Shown: one piece after another, positions 35,348 through 47,470 of the stretch
How positions within the stretch are numbered: the first letter of the stretch is position 1
Layout: every line of letters starts with the position of its first letter
Source of the DNA: Dipteris shenzhenensis
Taxonomy: Eukaryota
Length of the DNA: 64,000 nucleotides
NCBI GenBank assembly: GCA_047967505.1
Contig: CM106538.1
Direction: 5' to 3' (one strand)
Translations under genes and position numbers: made by a program
The notes under the pieces: generated by a model
Told to the model about the DNA's origin: nothing
Seen by the model: only the letters and a program-made list of their open reading frames with translations
Database searches by the model: none

Positions 35348-37955
35348 TGTTGGTAAGCTGAAAGGAAAGCAAAGAGTGGACACAAACTCAGAATACTTGC
35401 ATTATGGAATGAAGAAGAGTGAGGTCCTTAAGTAGGCACCTCATACATGCTCACTCACATCACTGATGACTTCAGAGCTCCACAATCATCTCCTCAATCT
35501 GCTCCTAGATTCTCTCAATCATCCTATGTGGCTTTCCACCACCTAACTGTGCTTGTGGGCACCTAACTGTGCCTCTAGCACTCACACATAGAAACCAAGG
35601 TGTGCCTGAGGCATACACCTTGAGATATCCCATCAAACCCCCCCTCAAGGGAATGCCTCAAGCTATGTCAAGGATACATCTAGTCTCATAGTTTCTCATG
35701 CCATCTCATGGTGGTCAAGGATGAATCTATGGCTAGGTTCTCATGCTAGCAAGGGTTCCCATGGGTGTAAGGTAAACAAAAGGGATACAAAAAGACCTTC
35801 CAATGGCTATCTCCCCTGCATGTACATGCACACAATGTCTGCAGGAGGTACCATGGAGCAAAACATACACATGGCCTACATCATAAGGTGACCAGAGGTG
35901 TTTACAAAACACAATAGTTTATTTCATTCATTTTGGAGGACTATCCAAGCTGAGTACCTTGACATAAAAAGAGAGATCTGGAGCATACATAGAGATGATT
36001 TAAAATGCATGATCTTCAAAGGATGCCTCATCTTGTGGAGGCTCATTAACTGAAAGTAGATTTGCATTTTCTGTCTTTGCTTTGGCTCTGCAAAACTTCT
36101 CATTATGGTTGTTCTTGCCACAGTGCTTGCATGGATTAATTTTGAAGCAATCCTTTGAAAGGTGATTTGTCTTTCCACAGTGATTGCAAGGAGTATACTT
36201 GCCCTTCTGGACTTTTACAGCATAAACAGTGTCATTGCCTTTCCTGAGCTCCATATGCCTTTCTTCTTCTTGGAGAGCAGAGATAATACCTTCAAGATTA
36301 GGATTAGGAAGATTTTTCAAAGTGGTAACTATGTGATCATATTCTTCAGGCATACTCTTAAGTAATACTGCGATAGCATCATCTAGAGTAATAGGAGAGT
36401 TGATAGAAGCTAATTGAGTCATAAGACTCCGCATATAGTTGACATGAGCTGCTAAAGTAGTACCACTAGTCATCTTCAATTCAAAGAAAGAGATTTTAAG
36501 TGATAGTTTAGAGATGTGAGAGCTAGCACCAAAAATCATGTCAAGCTTCTGCCAAGCTTCTGTGAAGGAGACTCCAAGTCAGAGATATGGTGAATATAAT
36601 CATCTCCTAAAGCAAGAGCAATGATACCATATGCTTTTTCTTCTCTAGCTGGATCCCTTTTCGATCGTGTCGGAGTTGAGGATTCTCCAGTATTGGAGGC
36701 CGTAGAAGAAGCAGTAGGAGTAGGTTTGACAAGTCCCCATAGGTTCTCCCTCATCAATGCAAATTTCACCTTCATTTGCCATGTGTGGAAGCCCTTTCCA
36801 TTGAACTTCTCTAGATTCAATAGGGTAGCCATGAGAGTGTCTATCTCTCTTACAAGGCAAAAAATAAATGAAAGACTTCCAAAATATGAGCACTTGATGT
36901 AGCAAAGACTAGTGACCAATATTCAATCAATGATGCTTCTTCTTACATGCTTCATAGAAGTGGCTAAAATGAATACTTTCCAATCAAAACTAGGTCTAGC
37001 AATTCAAAACAAAACTGAAGCCACACTTGTATTGAAGTTATTAAAAGTTTCAAAAAACCAGAAATGCTAGAGTAGCATTTTATGTAGCATCATCTTCAAA
37101 AACTTGTCCAAAACTGTCAAAACTAAAAGGTTTAACTTGGAGGGCTTGTAGCTCACTCTTCAAAGCAAGGAAAAGAGAGCTTTCTGAAGCAAAAGAAAGC
37201 TCATATACCAGAGAGGGTTGAGCACAGAGGTTGGACGAAATGGTGCGCACTTTTGCCCAGGGGAGTTGCTACAGGCTGAACCTAAGTTTTGACAATTTCT
37301 CCCTCGTTACTGAACCAAATGAGCTGAAAAATGGCTCAAAATTTTCGTCTTGAGGTCGCCCATCTACTCCTAAGAGGGCTCAGGCAATGGCAGAGCAGGC
37401 AGGGAGTATTGAGCAATAGAAGAAATTCGTTTTTTGGAGAATGGCAGCCAACAGAGACGTTTTTTCTTCAATTGCTTGTAGGTGGAAGTTCGCCCATACT
37501 AGAGGAGTTTCCAGCTCAGAGGGTTTGGGCAATGGTCGTTTGTAGGTGGAGAACCAAGCTCTCAAAGATTTTGGAAAGAAGGAGGAAAATGGAGAAGAAG
37601 AAGATGAAGAAGAAGATAATGATGTGGCAGAAATGGGCTCAAGGGGGATCAAAGGGCTTTGATACCATGTTGGTAAGCTAAAAGGAAAGCAAAGAGTGGA
37701 CACAAACTCAGAATACTTGCATTATGGAATGAAGAAGAGTGAGGTCCTTAAGTAGGCACCTCATACATGCTCACTGACATCACTGATGACTTCAGAGCTC
37801 CACAATCATCTCCTCAATCTGCTCCTAGATTCTCTCAATCATCCTATGTGGCTTTCCACCACCTAACTGTGCTTGTGGGCACCTAACTGTGCCTCTAGCA
37901 CTCACACATAGAAACCAAGGTGTGCCTGAGGCATACACCTTGAGATATCCCATCA
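35348..37955 (-). mobile_element. Gag-only non-autonomous Copia-type LTR retrotransposon (TR-GAG-like), young
   Basis: 288-bp LTRs at 35348-35635 and 37668-37955 (two differences seen). PBS TGGTATCAAAGC at 37656-37667, PPT beside 35636, TSD CATAT/CATAG. No pol. Confidence 0.93.
36000..36832 (-). pseudogene. Copia-type gag with two zinc knuckles, one frameshift near 36570
   Basis: MATLLNLEKFNGKGFHTWQMKVK...EAWQKLDMIFG...LLKSMPEEYDHIV...CNHCGKTNHLSKDC...CKHCGKNNHNEKFC, then a stop. Confidence 0.9.
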
Positions 37956-38230
37956 CATAGTTCCTCCCTTCTACTTTGAATATGGACATATCTTCCATAA
38001 TTTTTTGCCTCCTACTGCCACTCATATCCGCCCCCCCTTGTGCATAGTATACACTCTTCCACCCCTTCCACATGCTATGAAAATGAACATATCCTATATC
38101 CTCTCCCCCTCTTTCTAACCTCCCCAGCTTTCTTATAACAAAAACATGTATGGATTTCTAAAAAAAACTCGCAAAAACAAAGGAAATGGTAAAAAAGCTC
38201 ACATTAAAAAGCTCGCCAAAAGATTTCTCC

Positions 38231-40522
38231 CTATTTAATCTTATGTTTGGTGTTGCGGATGCTATAGAGGAGTGCAAGATCTCCTTCCTTGAGGTCCTTG
38301 TTTTTGAGGTTGTGGTCGGACCATTTTTTGCACCGTGCCTTCTCCACTTGAAGGCAATAGGTTGCACACAATCTTGTCTCATCTAGCCATTCGAGATCGA
38401 TTAAGTGCTCTGCCAAGGCATTTTTGGTGAGCCTTTACTTGACTGTAATGTGAAGGCTGGGCACTACATATTCCATTGGCATAACTGCTTCCACCCCAAA
38501 GGCTAGGCTGAAAGGGGTGCAGTTCGTGGCCACTTTATAACATGTTTAGTAGGCCTACAAGGATGCGATGAGCTTGTGCTCCTTTGTACGATTGGCTTTG
38601 ACAGTGCAAGTTATAATCTTGCAACACGTTTTGTTCGACCTCTCACCCAGGCCATTTGCCTTGGGTTAATATGGTGTCAACTTTCTATGTATGATCATGA
38701 ATTCACTAGTCAGGGTCGCTATAGTTTCGCTGAGGAAATGAGTTCTTTGCTCACTGACCAATTCTAAGGGACACCAAAACGACACGATGCGTATAAAAAC
38801 TTAGCTGTGGATCGTGCATCAGCTTTTCTTTTGGCTGTCCCTTCCACCCATTTGGTGAAATAATTTGTGGCCAAGATAATGTATTTGGCCACTGTTCCTT
38901 TAGTTGCTGGGCTTGTCGGACCAATAAAGTCTATGCCCCATTTCTCAAAGGGCTGATTGGTTAATATTCCCGTTAGGGACATCATATCCGCTTTATGTGG
39001 AATTTGCACTCTTTGGAAGGGGTCACATCGCTTGATAAACTCAGTTGCATCTCCAAAGAGATTCGGCCACCAAAGGCTAGCCTGTAGCACTTTACATGCC
39101 ATAATGTCAGTGGGCAAAGTGACCGCCTGCTATCTTAGAATGTGCTTCTTCAAGCGTGTTGATGTATTCGTGTTTACACATGCATCTACACATGATGCCA
39201 TCCCTATCCATGTGATATAGCTGGCGTAGATATGGCACTGCATCCTTGATGAGTTTGTGGGCTTTGTCCTTCTTGAGGGCTTTATCTAGAGGCAAGCTGT
39301 TTGCCAAGTAGTGGCCTATTTTGGCTGCCCATTTAGGAATTATGTCAATGAGAAATAGGGGAGCATCTGGGAGATCATCCTCGACTCTCGTTGAAGCTTC
39401 CCCATTGGGAATCCTTGAGAGGTGGTCAGCTAGGATGTGGGTCTTTCCCTTACGCACTGCGACTATGAAGTCGAACTCTAGAAGGATTAGCATCCACCTT
39501 GTGATGCATCCCGTCATGTAGGGCTTGTTAACCAAATACAGTAATGCTTGATGATCCACAAAAAAGACGAACTTGTTGGCTAACAAGTAATTCCTGAACT
39601 TCTTTAGCTGCATAAACCATGTCTAGGCCTTCCCTCTATGTTGTCATGTAATGGACCTTGGCATCATTTAATTTTCGGCTAGCGAAGTACACTGAGTAGT
39701 CCAAGTTATACTCCCTAGTTGAGCTAACACACACTCGATAGAAAAATTGGAGGCATCTACGTGAACACGGAATATTAGATTCCACGATGTTGTGGATCAG
39801 AGCTAGCTTGAGGGTTTCTAAAGATTTTTTACATTCCTTGGTGCACTCAAAGACTACTAATAGCTTGTACAGCTATATCTACGTAGAACATAATGAACCT
39901 TCAATAGTAGCCCATATGGCCTGTAAACTGCTGCATGCCCTTGGCAATTGTGGGGGGAGGTAATTCTAGAATAAGCTTGATCTTGTGGTAATCCTCCATG
40001 GAGATACCATTCTTGGACACTATGTGGCCAAGAATCATGCCATGTTGTTTGACCCAAAATTGGCACTTGAGGGGATTCAGGGATATAGGGTACAACCTAC
40101 ATCTTTCAGGGATTAGTTTTAGGTATCTCAAGTGATCATCCCATGTCAAGTTCATGCACACATCATCCGCGAAGACTTCCACAAAGTCCCTTAGGTACTT
40201 CTTGAAGACATTGAACATCAACTGTTGGAATGTGACGAGCACATTGGTAAGCCCAAATATCATTACTTTGGCTGCATATACACCCCACTCGATTGCGAAG
40301 GCACTTTTATGTTGATCTTGTAGGGTGATGGACACCTAATTGTATCCCCAAAATCCATCTAGGAAGCTATACTCTTCCTTTATGGCTACTCTTTCTAGAA
40401 CATGTTCTGTGAAAGGTAAGGAATAGTGGTCACGCCTGGTGGCAACATTGACTTTTTTCACATCCACACATACTCAAATCTTTCCATTCTTCTTTAGGAC
40501 TATCATGATGAGTGACACCTAG
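38231..40522 (-). mobile_element. Non-chromovirus Ty3/Gypsy pol fragment (RT-RNase H-integrase)
   Basis: FGLTNV/VFADDVC (RT), KKFRNYLLANKFVFFVDHQAL (RH), PFEKWGIDFIGP/NYFTKWVE (INT). Many stops; no LTRs found. Confidence 0.9.
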
Positions 40523-43500
40523 TTCAAGCATAAGATAACCTTGGAATTAATCACCACAATCAATCAACCTTTCAGTATTATAGCAACGTGAAATCAATAA
40601 ATCATAGATTAATGGTGCACACATGCGACACATACCATCTCATGGTGCACTTGATGCTACACATGAATAAAATTGTACGGATGGTGCACACATGCTACAC
40701 ATACCGTCATCACGTAAGTGGTGCACACAATGCTACACACTCATACAACCGCAGCCATATATCCAACCATGTAGGAGCACACATGCATCACTACAGAACA
40801 GCGAGCACACATGCATCAACTACGCGACAAAAATGCTGGATCTCACTAATCTAAATACTAAAGGAATAAATTAATGGGATAATTCCAATTCTTGTAACAT
40901 CCCTCTTGCTTGAAATCGCAATCGCCCTCATTTGTGGGACAAAAAACTAGTCAATAAATCAAGGTACTAGCAAAAATATCGCTCGGGCATCCACTTAGCA
41001 TCCTCAACGGGGTGGTTCTTAAATGTAAGAAGATAAATAGGATATGATTTTCCACGTCTTGTTTGAGTGATTTGTTGATCAATGATCTGGTCTAGCTCTA
41101 AGAGCTGGGTCTCTCCTTGAAGCAATGGTGCATCGTCTAAAATAGGTCGAACTGGTGGGTCTCCATGGAAAGGTTTCAGGAGGTGCACATGAAAAGAATT
41201 ATGAATTTTCCAATCGGATGGTAATTCGAGCCGATAGGCATTGTCATTAATGCGCTCCAAAACTTTAAAGGGACCATAGGATTTAGGGGCAAACTTAACT
41301 ACAGCGTGTCTCAATACTCTTAAGTCTGCGCTTCTCAATACGTAATATGACTAAGTCACCTTCAGCAAATACAACTTTCTTTCTACCCTTGTTTGCACGT
41401 GCAGTATACATAGCTTGAGCATGCTTGATATTCTTTTTGACAGTAGCCAAAATGCTAGAGAAATCTTCACTAAATTGATCAGCAGCCTCTACTTGGTGCT
41501 TAAGGTGGGTCAATGGAGTAGGAATGGTCTTTCCATAGACAATTTGGAATGGAGATTTGCTTGTAGCAGAGTGCTTAGTGTTGTTGTAGGCAAATTGTAA
41601 TATGTGTATAAATTTATGCCATTTGCCCAACTGACCAGACACGTAAGCATGTAACATGTCACAAATAGTATTTTGTTGACCTCAGTTTGGCCATTAGACT
41701 CGGGATGAAAAAGCAGTGGAAAAATCTAACTTTGTACCAAGATTGTCAAAGAGTGCGGTCCAGAAGTTACTACAAAATTTACTATCCCGGTCTGACACGA
41801 TTACTTTTGGAAGGCCATGGTGTATAAAGATGTGCTTGATGAACAAATGAGCAGCCTGAACTGTTGTCAAGGTCTTCTTACAAGGAATAAAGTAAGCCTG
41901 CTTGCTAAATCTATCAATGATAGTCCAAATCATATCAAAACTTGAGCTAGCCGTAGGAAATCCTTGACAAATAAGACATTGTGCAACAAAAGTTGCAACA
42001 TCAACCTTAAGCTTAGGCTAGAAAAAATATTGAATTACAATCTAATACGTAGCAGCAATGCCTCTATGTCCCATGTAGGGTGGCTAATGTACCTCTTTTA
42101 GTTCCAAGCGTCGAAATGGTGCAGTGACACACAAGCGCTTTTCGTAGAATAGATAGTCATCATGAATGGAATACGAGGCCATAGGGGTGCTATTAGCTTG
42201 CTTAATCTTATGCCAAATTTTTTAAAAGTCTCGATCAGTAGGAAAGTCTGCCTTCATAGGCTCGAAAGGGTCTCCCTCGATGACTGAGATATTATTTATG
42301 CTAGGTCGATGGCTCAGTGCATCGGCAACTACATTGTCTTTGCATGGTTGATATCAGATCATCGGTTTAAAGCTGTCAATAAAGGCAGCCCATTTAATGT
42401 GCTGATCCGAGATCACCGGTTGAGTAAGGAGATGTCTAAGACTCTAGTGATCAGTCTTAATGAGTAACTTGGAACCCATAAGATAGTGTTTCCAAAGTTT
42501 AAGGGCATGCACTACAGCGGCTAATTCTTTATCATATGTGGAATAGTTTAGCTCTGCTACTTTTAATTTACGTGACTCAATGCAATTGGATGGTTATCTT
42601 GCATGAGCACAACCCCAAAACCCTGTCCACTAGCATCAATAACCATGACAAAGAAGGGTCTCGTAAAGTCCGGCATGGTCAAAACTGGTGTGTGTGTCAT
42701 TGCACCCTTAAGTCATTGAAAAGCTAAAGTGTGCTGCTCACCCCAAGAGAAAGCATGAGTCTTACACAACAGTTCAGTCAATGGATGTGCCTTGTGTGCA
42801 AAATTTCTAACAAATCTACGATAGAGACTATACAGACCTAGAAAAGATCATAACTCATGGATATCTTTAGGCTGTGGCCAGTTTACTATCACTTCTACTT
42901 TCTTGGGATCTACTCAAATGCCTTGAGCTGAAACAATGTGTCCAAGATATTCAATTTCAGGCTAGAAAAAAGAACTTTTCTCCGGGTTAGCATACAGTTG
43001 GTTTTCATGTAAGAGAGAGAAAACAAGATCCAAGTGTTTCTCATGTTCCTCTCGACTCTTGCTATAAATCATGATATCATCAAAGAAAACTACCACAAAG
43101 TCTTGATAGGGTAGGAAGATACGATTCATCATCCGACTAAATGTGGCAGGTGCATTGGTCAATCCAAAAGGCATAACAAGAAATTCATAGTGACCAGTTT
43201 GGGTTCTAAAAGTAGTCTTGAAAATATCGGGCTCGATCACTCTCACTTGATGATATCCTGACTTAAGATCAATCTTGCTAAAGATTGTGGATCCTTTTAA
43301 CTTGTCGAGTAGATCATCAACTCTTGGAATGGGGTATCGATTTTTCACTGTGATTTTATTTAAGGCACTATAATCGATGCACATTCAAAAAGTTCCATTT
43401 TTCTTCTTGACAAGAAGAATAGATGCCCCAAATGGTGAGCTACTAGGTCGAATTAGGCCTCTAGCCAAAAGATCTTCTATTTGGGATTGATTCTCTTACT

Positions 43501-45207
43501 GCTCAGCAGGATTGTGCCTATATGATGATTTACACAGTGGTGCGCTACCTAGAATAAGGTCAATCTTATGATCCTCAGGTCTAGATTGAGGTAGGCCAGG
43601 GGGTAAGTCTTCCATAAAGCAGTGGTCATAGGTAGCTAGAAAAGGATCCAAAGTCTCTTGCTTAGTTTTCTTAGTCTTAGGACTAGCCTCAATCTTATTG
43701 ACCATAACCAAATATGTCTTCTCACGTTTGCACAAAGCTCTTTTAGCTAACTCTCAAAACTCACAAATGGAAGAGACAGAACAAGCATGCTGGGACTTCT
43801 TTTGCTGTAATTTTTTTTCTCTTCACCGCACGTTTTCCTGCCTGTAAGCCATTCTGCGATATTCGCTTCTGCTACTTCGAACTTCATTGCGCTCTTGTAC
43901 GCCAATCTGATGCGTGCTATGTTTTCTTGTTCGAGAACGCGAGGTGCGTGTGCTTCCCATGCTATGGATGACGAAACCTTGGCTCTGATACCACTGCAAC
44001 GGGAAACACTCACGGAACCTGTAAATCCTTGAAAAACACAACAACACTCTTTGAAAATATGCACAAACTCTCAAAACTCACAAACAGAAGAGACAAAACA
44101 AGCATGCTAGGACTTCTTTTGCTGCGATTTTTTTTCTCTTCGTCGCACGTTTTCTTGCCTGCAAGCCGTTCTGCGTTGTTCGCTTCTGCTACTTCGAACT
44201 TCATTGCGCTCTTGTACGCGGTGTCTGCAATCTGATGCGTGCTATGTTTTCTTGTTCGAGAATGCGAGGTGCGTGTGCTTCCCATGCTATGGACGACAAA
44301 ACCTTGGCTCTGATACCACTGCAATGGGAAACGCTCACGGAACCTGTAAATCCTTGAAAAACACAGCAACACTCTTCAAAAATATGCACAAACTCACAAA
44401 CGGAAGAGACACAACAAGCGTGCTGGGTACAATCTCCCCCTATAGGAGTGGTGCTCTCCTTCTACCTCCTATGTATTTATGTATATTTCTCAAAAAGCTT
44501 CCGAGCAAAAATCATACAAAAGCCTCTGTGCTTTCCTCCATGCACCCTTTTTAAAAAAGCCCATCCACCTTCTAGAATAGCTAGCTTTTTTCTAAAAACA
44601 AAGCTTTTTCTAACTTTAGTTTATACACTTAGCCAAGCCACTAATATTCCAAAATTCAAATATGTACATAAGCTTTTGTAATATCAAAAATTAGGCATAA
44701 GCCTTATTCATCCCCGCATCACTGGAGTTGCGCCTACATGCCCAAAATATGGCAGATCATGCTTGCCAGATGCCATCGCCTGATCAATTACTCTTCCCCT
44801 GGATTCACACGATCAATAGTAATGAAATATTTCAAGCATAAGATAACCTTGGAATTAATCACCACAATCAATCAACCTTTCAATATTATGGCAATGCGAA
44901 ATCAATAAATCACAAATGAATGGTGCACACATGCGACACATACCATCTCATGGTGCACCTAATGCTACACATGAATAAAATCGTACGGATGGTGCACACA
45001 TGCTACACATACCGTCATCGCGTAAGTGGTGCACACAATGCTACACACTCATACAGCCGTAGTCGTATATCCAACCATGTAGGAGCACACATGCATCACT
45101 ACGAAATAGCAAGCACACATGCATCAACTGCGCGACAAAAATGATGGATCTCACTAAACTAAATACTAAAGGATTAAATTAATGGGATAATTCCAATTCT
45201 CGTAACA
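40523..45207 (-). mobile_element. Chromovirus-type Ty3/Gypsy element lacking gag/protease, with truncated 3' LTR and duplicated PBS
   Basis: 5' LTR ~44320-45207; 3' LTR remnant 40523-40899 matches 44831-45207. [43 protein letters not shown] motif and chromodomain DQIIDQQITQTRRGKSYPIYLLTFKNHPVEDAKW. PBS at ~43982 and ~44308. Confidence 0.92.
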
Positions 45208-46560
45208 GTAGACAAGTGCAATGGTGTTTGGGGAAACTGGCAAACAATGAAATGCATAGAAAAGGGAGGAGCATGTTGGGAACACAAGCTTACCTTGAAA
45301 TTGCCAAAGACTACATTGACATCTTTTTGTCTCCGCACTTAAGCCTTGTGGACCGAGTCCATCTTGCAGGCAAAGTTTCCTTTTTCTTCCAGATTTGGAG
45401 GTCTTGGATTGTTTTTCATACACACTATACATTGAATAGAAACTTCATAACTAAGGAGGTTTTCTTAGATGTACAAATATCATGCCATTTTGTGGTCTTA
45501 TTAATAAAGTACTTTAGAGAATTTTGTCCAAGCCTTAGGTGCCCTTTACATCTTACAAGATCAGATGCAGTTGAAATCTTCTTTAGTAAGATTGGAAGCA
45601 TGGTGGGACATGAACGTGCTTATGACTTGATGGACATGCTACATAGTGTTGGTAGTCTGAACAGGCTTGCACACTTTGAATGTAAAAAGGGTAGTCCCTT
45701 ATTTCCAAGGGCACATAAGAAGCAAGAGCATGTTTGGAGGGAATTGAATCTCAAAGAGAACATGCCAGAAGCTAATCTAGGAGACTATAATTGTGTCTCA
45801 ACTGTTGATAAAATCATTGAAGCTTTGAAGAAAGGGTTGAAAAGTGCTCATGAAATGTGTGAACGTTTGCATATGAAGCCAAAGGGTGAGGACTCAAAGT
45901 GGTGGCTACAACCTTGGTCAGCTGGATTTGCAGATGCATATGCACAAGAGTCTAATTCCAAAGAAGAAGACCAACAAGCAAATCATGTGTCAAATATAGA
46001 GGAAAATGACAATGATGCCTCCATAAGTGAAATAAGACATTTGGTAGATTCTCTCCTAGATGAGTAAGAAGCAATGAACCTAATTGTTAGCATTGATGGT
46101 AAGACTCTATTCAAGTCTACATTGGTAAGCCAACTTAATGGAAATCCCACACTCTCTAAAGATAGACTTACAAGGGTTCGACAAGGAGTATACTACTGTA
46201 AGGAAGAGATACATGTTGCTACATCAAATGAGAACCTATTTGGAATAGGTTCTGATTGTGCTCTATACTTTTAAGAAGAAGACAAAACAAGAAAAAGCAA
46301 AAGGAAATGCAATCCAAGCTCCTTGCAAAGAAAGAATAAACAAGCTACATGGTATCTTGGACGAGTACAAAAAATGAGGAGAAAGGTTGGTGGGGGATAT
46401 GTGGAATATAAGAGGGGGTCCAACCTCTTAGATAGACCTTCTGGAGTAGAAGTCCCCAACTTAGGTGGTATCAAAAGGAAAAAGGCTCAAGATGCTTCAC
46501 ATATGACCTTACAGACCTTGACATGATAGATATTGAGAGCGTCATTGAGAGTTGGATCTA
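45208..46560 (+). pseudogene. C-terminal half of a P-element-like DNA transposase
   Basis: GTQAYLEIAKDYIDIFL...RVHLAGKVSFFFQIWRSW...NFITKEVFLDVQISCHFVVLL...PLHLTRSDAVEIFFSKIG resembles the helical insertion and third catalytic E region of P/THAP9-like transposases. The 5' part is lost at the LTR junction. Confidence 0.55.
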
Positions 46561-47337
46561 GCTTGATGGATGTCCTTATTAAATTATCATTTTGCAGGAC
46601 CTTCAATCACACAAGTGGATGATTTGTAATAGTTTCACGGTTACATCCATGATTTCCTCAACCGCTTAGCCTTAAACTCTTCTCTGTCACCCCCCCTGCC
46701 CCCCCTCTAACCCCCTCTGGACCAAATCATTGCATGGGATTTGTTACAGCAAGGTCCTACAAGAATGCAACAAAGTGGTTTTGGACATAATTTGGCTTTT
46801 GCATCAAATACAATAAGGTTCTACATGGAAGTGGCACCGTAAATCTAAATACTATGTTTTAGTATGAGATACAACAAAGTTTTGCATGGATGCAACAAAG
46901 AGAGCTTTAATATTATGTTTTGGAATTCAGTCGTGCATGAATTCTGCCATAGAGATTTTAGTACTACATTATTGAATATTATCGAGGGTTTTCATGGAAG
47001 CAAAAAAGTGGCAAGGCCTTCTATGAATGTGGCAAAGATCCATGGTGTTGTTAAATTCTTGTAACAACAAAAACACAGAAGCAATTAATAAGTTGGGATA
47101 TCATAGAGTTCCCAATCTTTGACATATGAAAGCGCTAGATGTTTGTATTTGGCAAGAAATAATTGTTATGTATTCTCATAAAATGTTTTGTCAATTTGAC
47201 TAATCTTGACATATGATTTTTGTGACATTTTGAAGCATATATGTCATTTATAAGGTTTCCAATCTTTGAAGAATTTCTATAAATGTTTTTTCTTTTGGAT
47301 TGCAAGAGCTTTTTGCATGGACATGATGTTCTCCTTG

Positions 47338-47470
47338 AAAGTATAGAGCACAATCAGAACCTATTCCAAATAGGTTCTCATTTGATGTAGCAACATGTAT
47401 CTCTTCCTTACAGTAGTATACTCCTTGTCGAACCCTTGTAAGTCTATCTTTAGAGAGTGTGGGATTTCCA
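47338..47470 (-). repeat. 133-bp inverted copy of 46139-46271
   Basis: Reverse complement with no differences seen by eye. Confidence 0.95.

Larger units (their letters stand above)
34343..38232. mobile_element. Non-coding foldback-like element (possibly Mutator-like) interrupted by the gag-only LTR element
   Basis: TTTTGGTGAGCTTTTT near 34740 mirrors AAAAAGCTCGCCAAAA near 38206-38221. Purine-rich left arm, pyrimidine-rich right arm, central palindrome, and a TAG/CTA-rich tract at 34432-34725. Ends and TSD are unresolved. Confidence 0.45.
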
